Shown piece after piece: positions 49,139 through 58,941 of a stretch of 64,000 nucleotides of DNA. Position 1 is the first letter of the stretch; each line of letters starts with the position of its first letter. The position numbers and the translations under genes are program-made. Below the pieces are notes generated by a model. That model was not told the DNA's origin and ran no database searches. It saw only the letters and a program-made list of their open reading frames with translations. Origin of the DNA: Candidatus Thorarchaeota archaeon (GTDB lineage: Archaea > Asgardarchaeota > Thorarchaeia > Thorarchaeales > Thorarchaeaceae); NCBI GenBank assembly GCA_048884965.1, contig JBHLQH010000005.1:96001-160000 (forward strand), in the 5' to 3' direction.

Positions 49139-52028
49139 ATGGAGGACTACTTTCCCATTCAGGTGACCATTCTCTCTCAAATGGGGCGTTTCTCTTCTTT
49201 CCGCTGTAGAACTTCAAGAAGCCAACATATGCCAAGGCTAGTCCAACAATACCGAGAAGTCCATATACCACACCCATAAGAACTTCATCTTCCAGCGCTG
49301 AAACAGGTATCAGAATTGTCTTTGAGTAGGTCCTGACATATCCTTGCTCATTTGTGGCAATAATTTCGATTTCATAGAATCCAGTTTCTTCTAGAATGAA
49401 CTCGACCGTGTATTTGTATCCCAATGACTCAATAACTGGTGCATCAATTTCATTTCCATTCGGATTTGTAATAGTGATTTCCACAGACTCCATATCCTCA
49501 TCGAAGATGTAAGCAGTCAGATTCGCCTCTTCTCCGACATTTGCTGAATACATCTTGACATCATAGATCCTTGGCAGATTGGGTATAATAGCTTCTGCAA
49601 TGTTCTCAAGTAGCTTCAAGTTATCAGCTCCACTGAGAATCGCATCATAGATGCTTGTGTCGTAGAGAATGGATCCATCTGATAATGCTATGACTTTGCC
49701 CTCTCCTGATTCGGCTACTGCAACAATTGCATGTGTTCTTGCTGCGTCCGTCCAGACCAATCCTTTCGCACCTACGATAGAAGAATCAATCGATAGGCTT
49801 CCACCATTCAGAACATATACGTTCCTAACACCATCGGTCAATGTATCTGCATCCACTGCTCCTCCATGGTCTGCTCCATACACATCTCCATTATTTTCTC
49901 CTATCCAGTATTCCTCGCATTGGATACCATATGGCTGCAAGATTTGATTGTATGAAGCTATGGAGAACGCTGGTTGATTAGTTTGTGAGTCGAATCCTTC
50001 AGATAGAATAATGAGTGTACCACCACCATTTACAAAGGAGTGAATAAGATCAATCTCGTTTTGTGTATAGGCCGCTTCAGTATCCATAATCAAGAGTACT
50101 TCTGTTGCTTCAAGTGATGCGGCATCGAATGCTTTAGGAAGAATGAACTCATCTTCCCAATTCTCTGGATATTCTGAAATCACCATACCTTGTTCCCTCA
50201 AGTACTCAGTAAAGTATCTGTAGTAGGAAACATCGTCTGGATCTTCAGTCGAATGATGCCCCATATCTACCAGCAATCGACCACCATAAGTAGTAATTAG
50301 TAAATTCAACTCCATTGTTGCAATAATGTCATCCCCAGATATCAAATTCAAAGAACCACTATAAGTTCCCAATGCAGATAGAGGAAGATTACTTGGAACG
50401 TCAAGGCTTATACTGAAATAGCTATATCCTACAGAAACATATACTTCTGACTCTGTTACCACAAATTGGGAAGCATTTCCTGTCATCTCGATATCTAGAT
50501 TCCCTCGATTGACAGTGGAGATAACAGTGGCATTGGTTGGATCTCTTCTGTCTCCAACTATCAATACCTGACTAGTACCAGGCAATGTTGGATATCGAAG
50601 AGGAGCGATCAATGTTGCTACACCAGAACTGCTAGCAATCAGCTCGGATGATCTTGTTGCATTAACTAGTCCGTATCCTTGCTCGAGAGGGTCGATCCCT
50701 AAATCAGTCGCACCACTCATCAAGAATGCTTTTACTTGGATGGGAGTAAGAGCTGGATGCTTGTCTATAAGGACAGCAGCTACAGCTGCTATTTGCGGAG
50801 CTGATGCTGATGTACCAGACCAGAGTGTGTAATCGGCATCAAATTGTGATACATTGTATGGTGGATACTCATATGGATTTGCATTATCGATAATGCCAGA
50901 CAGAACATTATACCCCGGCGCCAACACATCTGGTTTTGCTACTGCACCTACAGGCTCAGTCCGCTCACGATAGACAGGTCCCCTGCTGCTGAAGGATACT
51001 GCATCAGTACCTCCTATGGAAGACCCCACGGTGATGACCTCTTCAACGATTCCCGGGGATGTGATGGTGTTTGTTGCAGGACCTGAGTTGCCTGCTGCAA
51101 CAACCACAATAATTCCAGCCTCTACGGCAGCCTTTGCTGCATTGGCTGATGCATCAGAATAGAGAGGATTATCGAGCCACGCTCCTCCAACACTCAAGCT
51201 AATTATGTCTACATTTGCAGTGATTGCATATTCGATTCCCTCAGCGATTACTGAATCATCAGCAGCTCCAGATGAATCAAGCGATTTGATTACAAGAACC
51301 CCCGCCCCAACAGCTAGACCAGTATACGAATAGTTGGTACCTTCTCCAGATCCCGTAACCAACCACGTACATGCAGTTCCGTGTCCATTGTCATCATATG
51401 CGGCAATCCCGTCTGAAGGATCCAGATCATTCACCTCCCCAACGAGGTCATAGAACCCTACTAGCTTCCCTGCTAAATCTGGATGATTCCCATCAGCCCC
51501 ACTATCAATGACCGCAACAGTGATTCCTGATCCATTATAACCTTCATTCCACAGACCATCGACTTGCAATATCTCACTAGGGTGAATATAAGATGCATCA
51601 ACGGCACTCTGGAACGGTGCCACTAGAGTATCAAGAGGCTCTGCAGAAATATGCCTATCGAAGTTGATAGAAATTACACCGTTTAGTGTGGTGAGCTTGT
51701 CTATTGCAGTAGAATCCGCATAGAGTGAGATAAATGGAATGTACTGAAAGACCGTCCTCACTTCGATGCCAACGATAGATGATTTCGAAACAATCTCTTC
51801 TATCAGATACGAGCTGTAGTCTGATTCAAACTGGACGGTAATCGGCAGCATTTCTTCTGGGGACGCTGATGCCATCACCGCTGCAAGATTTGTCGAAACG
51901 AGAGATTGTGTCGTTTCGTTTTGGGCTCCTGACATCATGGCAGCGATGCCAAATGATGGCAAGATAAGGAGTAGGGCTACAAAGCTCAAGAGGAAGTAGT
52001 TGGAAAAGGTCTTAGTTCTTCTAGACAT
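49128..52028 (-). CDS. Membrane-anchored S8 protease with GATase-like C-terminal domain (site-1 protease/MBTPS1-like architecture)
   Basis: IDSG, HGT, AGN, GTSASAP, EQGYG; later 'LLVDMGH...LLIMDTE...GKVIALSDG'; C-terminal TM. Confidence 0.88.
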   Translation of the reverse strand: MSRRTKTFSNYFLLSFVALLLILPSFGIAAMMSGAQNETTQSLVSTNLAAVMASASPEEMLPITVQFESDYSSYLIEEIVSKSSIVGIEVRTVFQYIPFISLYADSTAIDKLTTLNGVISINFDRHISAEPLDTLVAPFQSAVDASYIHPSEILQVDGLWNEGYNGSGITVAVIDSGADGNHPDLAGKLVGFYDLVGEVNDLDPSDGIAAYDDNGHGTACTWLVTGSGEGTNYSYTGLAVGAGVLVIKSLDSSGAADDSVIAEGIEYAITANVDIISLSVGGAWLDNPLYSDASANAAKAAVEAGIIVVVAAGNSGPATNTITSPGIVEEVITVGSSIGGTDAVSFSSRGPVYRERTEPVGAVAKPDVLAPGYNVLSGIIDNANPYEYPPYNVSQFDADYTLWSGTSASAPQIAAVAAVLIDKHPALTPIQVKAFLMSGATDLGIDPLEQGYGLVNATRSSELIASSSGVATLIAPLRYPTLPGTSQVLIVGDRRDPTNATVISTVNRGNLDIEMTGNASQFVVTESEVYVSVGYSYFSISLDVPSNLPLSALGTYSGSLNLISGDDIIATMELNLLITTYGGRLLVDMGHHSTEDPDDVSYYRYFTEYLREQGMVISEYPENWEDEFILPKAFDAASLEATEVLLIMDTEAAYTQNEIDLIHSFVNGGGTLIILSEGFDSQTNQPAFSIASYNQILQPYGIQCEEYWIGENNGDVYGADHGGAVDADTLTDGVRNVYVLNGGSLSIDSSIVGAKGLVWTDAARTHAIVAVAESGEGKVIALSDGSILYDTSIYDAILSGADNLKLLENIAEAIIPNLPRIYDVKMYSANVGEEANLTAYIFDEDMESVEITITNPNGNEIDAPVIESLGYKYTVEFILEETGFYEIEIIATNEQGYVRTYSKTILIPVSALEDEVLMGVVYGLLGIVGLALAYVGFLKFYSGKKRNAPFEREWSPEWESSPPSIE

Positions 52029-52192
52029 TGTGGGGTGTCCATCCGTTCTTTGCTCATTGGGATTAAAGTTAAGGTTTTGCTTGAGGGCGGGAATGTAGCA
52101 GTGTGTTGATTTTCTCGGATTTACCGAGCTATGAGAGTAAATCGGTTCATGCCCATATCATTATTGAAGATACTTCAAGGAGTAGTCTGAAA

Positions 52193-52483
52193 ATGGGAAC
52201 TGAATCACAACAATATGAAAGAAGATTGCAGCTGAAGCATTTCTTTGATGATAGAGATACTGGTGCCAAGCGCAGGACTTGGCTAGAGCTACAGATGGCC
52301 CTACCTCATAAGACTTCGGAGGGCTGGGTTAATGATGGAAAGGTACGACTCTCCTTAGGCGAGGACCGAGATATCAAAGGAGCCTTCATCCTGAATGTCG
52401 ATGAAGCTTGCCGCTTGTATAAGGCACTGGAACTCTTGATCCAAGACCACGAGTTACAAAAAGCATCTCTCTGGCGAGAATAA
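52193..52483 (+). CDS. Hypothetical protein (beta strands plus C-terminal helix)
   Basis: AAGGAG SD, ATG start, followed by a hairpin. Confidence 0.65.
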   Translation: MGTESQQYERRLQLKHFFDDRDTGAKRRTWLELQMALPHKTSEGWVNDGKVRLSLGEDRDIKGAFILNVDEACRLYKALELLIQDHELQKASLWRE

Positions 52484-52493
52484 TTCATCTGAT

Positions 52494-52524
52494 TTGTTCC
52501 ACCCTCTCTATTTTGGTGGAACAA
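52494..52524 (+). terminator. Stem-loop
   Basis: TTGTTCCACC...GGTGGAACAA 10-bp arms right after the stop. Confidence 0.5.
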
Positions 52525-52619
52525 GTTACTCTATTTATGGCTGAAATACAGTGTAAGAAGAGATATATTTCAAGAACCTATCAATCAAAGCAGTAAAGTG
52601 TAATCAGGAGGAACTGTAT

Positions 52620-53717
52620 TTGGTAAACTCAGATGCCACAATTTACTTTGCAATGCTTATCGACTTTCCTACCGAATTTGGAAGCAACCTTGCAGCTTCC
52701 CTTCCATTTGTGTTGCCCCTGTTATTTGGGGCTATTCTACTATTGCTCTATCAGAGATATCTTCCTCCCAAGGAAACACGAAGAAGTGTGATTATCTTTA
52801 TTGGATTAGTAGGACTTATTGGAGCCTTCATCTTGATATTATACTCAGGTTTTGGCTTTACTTTTGGATCATATGATTTGTTTGTGGCAATCCTCCAACG
52901 AGTCTCTCACATGTTGTTCACCTATTCTATTGTATATTTCATGGTATATCTGGTTGGCACGATTCTCATTTTTGCTTTCATGGCCAGATATGTCATCACT
53001 CCTCCTGACCCTGATTTCACAGCAATGCGAAGTCAGTTGAAGGATTTGACTGATACATCTGAGAGCATTATGAAGCAAAAGAAAGAACTAGAAGCAGAGA
53101 ACAAACGTCTGAGTGAATTTCTGAAGGATAAAGAGGAAACACTTGAAGTTCTTCAATCTGAGCTGGAAGGATTGAAGGTTTCAGTAGGAGCGCGGGAATC
53201 ATCCCTTGCTGAGATGGAATCAAAACTCCGAGAATCTCCTTCAGATGAAACAGCAGAGCAAGAACTCTTGGAAACGATCTCCAAGAAAGATGAAACCATT
53301 AGTCGACTACAATCAGAACTTGCAGACCTTCAACTCATTATGAACGGATCTGGAACTCCAGCTGCACAGGTGGTTTCCACACCTCACGACTCAGAGAAGA
53401 TTGAAGAGTTAGAGGCAAAGCTTACAGCTCTAACTTCGCGAATAGAAGATTATGCCCGAAGAGCTGAGACCGCAACTGAAGTATCTGACAGTGTCATTTC
53501 AGATCTTGCAGAATTGATCTCCCAAGTCGGAGCGAGTGGACTTGAACCCCCGATAAAGAAGACCCTCACTAGTTTGATTGAAGGTCTTGGACGTTCCATG
53601 GGCAGGATAATTGGCAAACCTGCAGAGAAGGATGATGCTCCGAAAATTGAGCTCATTGGGGCAGTGATGATGGTGCATGAGGTTGTCGATAGTATAAAGA
53701 AGATGACACGAAAATAA
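52620..53717 (+). CDS. Membrane-anchored coiled-coil protein
   Basis: 3 N-terminal TMs, then long heptad segments. Confidence 0.75.
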   Translation: MVNSDATIYFAMLIDFPTEFGSNLAASLPFVLPLLFGAILLLLYQRYLPPKETRRSVIIFIGLVGLIGAFILILYSGFGFTFGSYDLFVAILQRVSHMLFTYSIVYFMVYLVGTILIFAFMARYVITPPDPDFTAMRSQLKDLTDTSESIMKQKKELEAENKRLSEFLKDKEETLEVLQSELEGLKVSVGARESSLAEMESKLRESPSDETAEQELLETISKKDETISRLQSELADLQLIMNGSGTPAAQVVSTPHDSEKIEELEAKLTALTSRIEDYARRAETATEVSDSVISDLAELISQVGASGLEPPIKKTLTSLIEGLGRSMGRIIGKPAEKDDAPKIELIGAVMMVHEVVDSIKKMTRK

Positions 53718-53951
53718 TACCTTCCTGTCTGTCGATTAGACCAAACAATTGTTACCTAAAATTAGTATCTATAGAGCAATATGGGAATTATTAGACTTTA
53801 TTAAGAGCACTTATAACAACCTTATTCTCAAATGAGGCACTGATAATCCTCCATGTTAACATTGGGAATCTGATAACGGTTTACTCATGAATGGATAGGC
53901 ACAATCCTTAATAGTGGCTATTCATTGCCTCGTAGTTAATCACGCAAGATG

Positions 53952-54090
53952 TAGAGAACGCGGAATGAGGAGATGTGTTTGCCTGCCCGACGGGGCGGCG
54001 TTCTCGGCAAACACTGGTTTATTGCACTCAGAGCATGTCTTAGTCGACTCGTGCTCTGATAACTCTGTTCTCTATTGAAGAGTGAGGAGA
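53952..54090 (+). ncRNA. Putative structured cis-regulatory 5' leader
   Basis: Several 8-10 bp helices with mutually exclusive pairings between a TATA-like box (about 53907) and ATG 54101. Confidence 0.5.
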
Positions 54091-54100
54091 AAGAGAAAAA

Positions 54101-57100
54101 ATGAGCTTATCAAATAAATCGGCAGTTCTGCTATTTATTGCCGTCTTGACACTTTCAGTGTTCATGACGCCTTCAGGCCCAGTGGCCACAGAACTCGCAA
54201 GCTCACCAGCCCTATCTCCAGCTACACAAGAGCAAATCAATGATTGGTACGAAACCGTGGCACAGCCAGGTTTCCGCCCAGAGATTGATGCAGCTCTTGC
54301 TGAGTGGATGGAGACAGGTAAGGTCGCCGATGAATTAGTCACAACTCAGAAAGGTGTTAGCGCACTTGTTGTCGTTACGCCTGGAGCTGATATGGCTGCC
54401 ATCCGTGCAGTTGTTGATGTTGACTATTTCGTCAATCTGAACTATTTCAAGACCCTTAAGGTCACAATGAATAGTCCAGAGGCACTAGCTAAGCTTGCTG
54501 AAATCGAAGGTGTTGGCATAATTGATGCAGATACCTGGCGCTTTCCAATTGGCGATGATCTCGTAAAAGAGCTCGATATCGCTCCAACCATTCCTAGTGA
54601 TGGAGTTGATATGGAAGCCATCTACGATATCGTCGGTGCAAGTGATGCTTCAGTGACTGAAACCGGTCTTGGTATAACAGTCGGTCATGTAGACACTGGT
54701 GCAGACTTTGGAAACCCAGAGCTACAATCATCATATAACACTGGTTCCTACGATCCAACTGGTGAAGGTTTGACCCCCATGTGGTACTATGCAAACTCAA
54801 CAAATGTTGCAAACGCTACTGCATGGCTTGAAGATGGTAACCTTCTAACCTACGTCGATGGCGGAAAAGTGATGTTGAACGTCACTGGTTGGGATCCACT
54901 CCTGAACATGTATGGTAGCGTTCGTTACCTATATGGTGATGGTGGATACACCTCAAGTGGGGCAATCAATCCCTACAACGATCGTGTTGGATTCATCTGG
55001 TTATATGCATGGGCTTGGGGTATTCAAATCAATGATACTTGGCTAGAGTCAACCATGGTGGACTGGGAACTACCAACAAACAACACTGGTGGATTTACCA
55101 TTCAGGGTGATTACCAGCTTAACTGGGTATTCCAGCAACACAATGGTCCATACGCAAAGATATTCGCTCCCGCAATGGTGTGGAATGACACATCAACTGA
55201 TGAGTATAAAATGGCCATCAACTGGGAAGATACTGATGCTTGGAACTGGCTTTGGACAGGTGGATTCTACTACGAAACCCTAAACATGTCTCATCCCTCC
55301 GCAGGTGACCTTGGTGCCATCTATAACAAGTTCGACTGGAACTTTACAGATGACGTTGCCGGTGGTGAATGGTATGACATGTCATCAGCAGCAAAGGCTA
55401 TCGTTGCACATGACTATAATGGTGATGGCATCGATGACTTCAGCCTCGGTGCACTATCTTGGTGTTACGATGCTTTCGAGTTTGGTGATGACCCAATGTT
55501 CTTTGGTTTCAGTGAGAGTGGTGACTTCAGTCTCTACTGGGACGATGGCAGCCACGGTACTGCAACAGCAGCACACGTAGCAGCTGATGGTCTATACGAA
55601 TACGAAGATCCAAACAGTGGAACAACCTTTGAAATGAAGGGTATCGCACCTGATGCTGATATCATCTCAGTCAGAGCCCTCTCTGGTGCTTCTGATTACT
55701 TTAGCTACATTTGGTGTGCTGGATTCTCAATGACAAACGAGACATCTGGTGAGTTCACCTTTGATGGTGAGCACATGGCAGACCTCGTGACCAACTCTTG
55801 GGGTTGGATTACTGAGCCCGCCAGTCAGATGAACTACTTGGCATTCACTTGGGAGATCTTGGCAACTCCTGGTATCCTCGATGGTTCCTATCCTGGAGTA
55901 CTACATGTATTCTCAGCAGGTAACGAGGGTGAAGGTTACATGACCATTGGTCCTCCTGGTGCCGCTACAGCAATCTTGTCAGTTGGTGCTTCAACAGCAA
56001 GCGACTGGCTATCATACCTATATGGTGATACTCCCGCGACACCCTACGAGGGTATCGCAAGCTTCAGCAGCAAGGGTCCAAGCTTCACTGGCTATCCAAA
56101 GCCCGATGTTCTTGCTCCAGGTCTAGCTGACTACAGCGCAATTCCATGGTTCTACCTATACTATGCTCCAGCATGGAACGGTGGTCCCTATGGCGACGAA
56201 TTTGAAACCGGTGTCAATGTAACACTGTTCAGTGGCACAAGCCAAGCAGCTCCCGTTGCAGCTGGTGTAATCGCACTAGCAATGGAGGCTATGGGCTTTG
56301 ACTCCAGCAATGACGATGATCCATTTGTGGTCAAGATGATGATTCAGCACACTGCTGAGGATCTTGGTTACGATCCAGCCACACAAGGCTTTGGTCGAAT
56401 CAGTATCGTCAACTTCATTGACTTCTACGAGAACGGTGGCTACTACGGTGGTACACTCGATTCAGCCATGAACTATGCTGACTTCATTGGTGACTCATGG
56501 GCATACTGGGGTCTACTTCCAGGAACCTACATGCCAGTGGATGTCAACAGCTCGGCAGTCGCATTCCCAGATGACAACTACGATGGTGCAATCTTCTTCG
56601 GACAAGTGTTCCAAGATGATGTTGTAACTATCAACTACGAGATTTGGGATGAGCTAGGCACACTAGAAATTGCTGATTGGAGTGGTGTTTCTGATGCATA
56701 CAAATACGTAGAGGGTGATACATTCACCTTCACTGGAACAACCTACTCATACAATGACACAGTCGTTTACGATTGGCCCGAATGCCAGATGTACGGCTGG
56801 TTCAACATCTCAGATGAGCTAGGCACAGACTATGCAACCCTCATGGGTCACGATATGGTTTCGATCATTGTCGGATTCGATGCAGGTGATGTAGCCGGTG
56901 ACGAGCCATGGATGTTCCTCTATGAGTGGACTGATTCCAACAGCGATGGAAAGCCAAACCTGTACAATGCTACAACTGGGTACGGTGATGAACTCGACCG
57001 ACTCACAAGCGCAGGTAACCCAAGCAATGTCAACTTCATGGTATGGGCTGGTGACATGAGCATTGAGAATATGACTCTCGTTATCCACGATCCAATTCAT

Positions 57101-58843
57101 GATGTCAACATGACTGCTCCAGGAAATGACTTCACAGTCACCATGATTGGTTGGGACCTGACTCTAGACACAGACATTACCTTTGCTGACAATGGTGTTG
57201 ATGCAACTACAACAGTGAATGTTACCCTGACTGTACCATCTGATGCTGATGCCGGTATTCACACTGGTTTCATCGACTTCGATGGTTATATGTGGGTACC
57301 ATACACATACACAGTTGTCTACAACATCACTGCTGATGCAGGTGCTGTCAACACAGTCTTCGATGGATTCGGCGCAGAGCTTGAGCCATACGATAATACC
57401 CTATACGGATGCATGTACGAGGATCCAGACGCTTGGGACTTCAGAAGCTACGTAGTCTACAACCCATATGAAGACGCTACCTACCTAGGTCTGCGTGCTG
57501 AATGGGAGGACGAAGGCAATGACCTATTCATCCAAGTCTATGACGCGGAGAATGGTGACATCGCAACCAGCTCAGCTGAAACAGCCACAAGCACTGCACT
57601 CCTTGGAGAGATTGATGGCAAGGGTTACTACTACATATTAGTACACCCACTAGCCTTGAATGGAACCGTTACATTGCCTGCTAACTTCACGCTAGAAGCA
57701 ATGGTTTACGACGATTTGACTGACCAGCCCGTTATTCTGAGCTACACCTCAGATGACAGGGGCGACTTCACAACTGTCTTAAATGGTGATACCGTTTGGG
57801 GTGACCACGCAGTCCTTAATGCATCATACCCAGCATTCAACCTACCAAATATGCCTGAGTTTGAGATTACAAGCGTCCGACTCGGATTCTTGTCAGGCGT
57901 CTTTTCGCAACACACTGGTGATCTAGTCATACCATCCGCATCATACGATCCGTTCTCCGGTACCGTTGATCTGACCCAATTCGCTTGGGACTATATCGAT
58001 GGCATCGTTGTAGGTGATACAGTAGACATTACTGTTGACTTCACGAACGGTGACTGTGACATCATGGTTTGGTGGGCTGACACTGACAACACAACTTGGT
58101 CCTACGGTAACAACCTAGTAGCAGATCAGATGGCAACTGGTGCCCATCCTGAGGAAGGCTCATTCACAGCCGCCCGCAGTGGCAGAATTGCTGTCGGTAT
58201 CTTCGACTACGACCTTGGAGCCGGCCAGTGGGAGGTAACTGTTGATACCCGTGTTGGTGTCTACGAATCCGCTACTGGTGGCGAGGTTACCTATGATACC
58301 TACGACCTTGAGAGGAATGGTACCTTCTCTGTCCAGCTTGTCGCAACAACTGCAACTAACATCGGATTCGAAGTTAACTTGGCAGGTGTAACCTTCCAGA
58401 ACTACTTCAGTCCATACTTCCAGACAGTTGATGTGACTGGTGCTGGTGCAGTCAAGACCATTGAGTGGACCTTCACAGATCTGAACGCTGGAGATGACCA
58501 CGAATTTGAGGTGCTCCTATCAGGCGATGGCGGTGATACCTACCAGCTCATAGCCACCGGTATTGAGGATCTTGAGTTCGATTGGGACTCTACAGGCTTC
58601 ACTGCGAAGAACTACCAAGTGTTGGTCAGGGTAACTGACTCCTACGATTTGACAGACGAGATTGAGTCTGATCCATTCGCAGCAGGAACAGTAACTGTTA
58701 CGACGCCAACGACAACAACCGATACAGGTCCAACTACTCCTCCACCTCCGCCACCAGACATCCTCCTATGGATAGGTCTGATCGGTGGAATTGGTGTTGG
58801 TGTCGTTGTGATACTGATACTCTTCTTAGTCAAGAAGAAGTAG
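54101..58843 (+). CDS. Very large cell-surface S8 subtilisin-like protease
   Basis: HVDTG, SHGT, AGN, GTSQAAP; long insert between catalytic Asp and His; Thr/Pro stalk, TM and KKK. Confidence 0.92.
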   Translation: MSLSNKSAVLLFIAVLTLSVFMTPSGPVATELASSPALSPATQEQINDWYETVAQPGFRPEIDAALAEWMETGKVADELVTTQKGVSALVVVTPGADMAAIRAVVDVDYFVNLNYFKTLKVTMNSPEALAKLAEIEGVGIIDADTWRFPIGDDLVKELDIAPTIPSDGVDMEAIYDIVGASDASVTETGLGITVGHVDTGADFGNPELQSSYNTGSYDPTGEGLTPMWYYANSTNVANATAWLEDGNLLTYVDGGKVMLNVTGWDPLLNMYGSVRYLYGDGGYTSSGAINPYNDRVGFIWLYAWAWGIQINDTWLESTMVDWELPTNNTGGFTIQGDYQLNWVFQQHNGPYAKIFAPAMVWNDTSTDEYKMAINWEDTDAWNWLWTGGFYYETLNMSHPSAGDLGAIYNKFDWNFTDDVAGGEWYDMSSAAKAIVAHDYNGDGIDDFSLGALSWCYDAFEFGDDPMFFGFSESGDFSLYWDDGSHGTATAAHVAADGLYEYEDPNSGTTFEMKGIAPDADIISVRALSGASDYFSYIWCAGFSMTNETSGEFTFDGEHMADLVTNSWGWITEPASQMNYLAFTWEILATPGILDGSYPGVLHVFSAGNEGEGYMTIGPPGAATAILSVGASTASDWLSYLYGDTPATPYEGIASFSSKGPSFTGYPKPDVLAPGLADYSAIPWFYLYYAPAWNGGPYGDEFETGVNVTLFSGTSQAAPVAAGVIALAMEAMGFDSSNDDDPFVVKMMIQHTAEDLGYDPATQGFGRISIVNFIDFYENGGYYGGTLDSAMNYADFIGDSWAYWGLLPGTYMPVDVNSSAVAFPDDNYDGAIFFGQVFQDDVVTINYEIWDELGTLEIADWSGVSDAYKYVEGDTFTFTGTTYSYNDTVVYDWPECQMYGWFNISDELGTDYATLMGHDMVSIIVGFDAGDVAGDEPWMFLYEWTDSNSDGKPNLYNATTGYGDELDRLTSAGNPSNVNFMVWAGDMSIENMTLVIHDPIHDVNMTAPGNDFTVTMIGWDLTLDTDITFADNGVDATTTVNVTLTVPSDADAGIHTGFIDFDGYMWVPYTYTVVYNITADAGAVNTVFDGFGAELEPYDNTLYGCMYEDPDAWDFRSYVVYNPYEDATYLGLRAEWEDEGNDLFIQVYDAENGDIATSSAETATSTALLGEIDGKGYYYILVHPLALNGTVTLPANFTLEAMVYDDLTDQPVILSYTSDDRGDFTTVLNGDTVWGDHAVLNASYPAFNLPNMPEFEITSVRLGFLSGVFSQHTGDLVIPSASYDPFSGTVDLTQFAWDYIDGIVVGDTVDITVDFTNGDCDIMVWWADTDNTTWSYGNNLVADQMATGAHPEEGSFTAARSGRIAVGIFDYDLGAGQWEVTVDTRVGVYESATGGEVTYDTYDLERNGTFSVQLVATTATNIGFEVNLAGVTFQNYFSPYFQTVDVTGAGAVKTIEWTFTDLNAGDDHEFEVLLSGDGGDTYQLIATGIEDLEFDWDSTGFTAKNYQVLVRVTDSYDLTDEIESDPFAAGTVTVTTPTTTTDTGPTTPPPPPPDILLWIGLIGGIGVGVVVILILFLVKKK

Positions 58844-58858
58844 GTTGTATAGTTTAAT

Positions 58859-58893
58859 GGGGACTTTTTTGTCCCCTCCCCCCTTTCTTTTTT
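58859..58893 (+). terminator. Hairpin plus pyrimidine/T-tract terminator
   Basis: GGGGAC-tttttt-GTCCCC, then CTTTCTTTTTT. Confidence 0.6.
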
Positions 58894-58941
58894 CATTTCA
58901 ATTCTGCGAGTATAATTGAGGATTGAATTCCCCGTAGTAAC

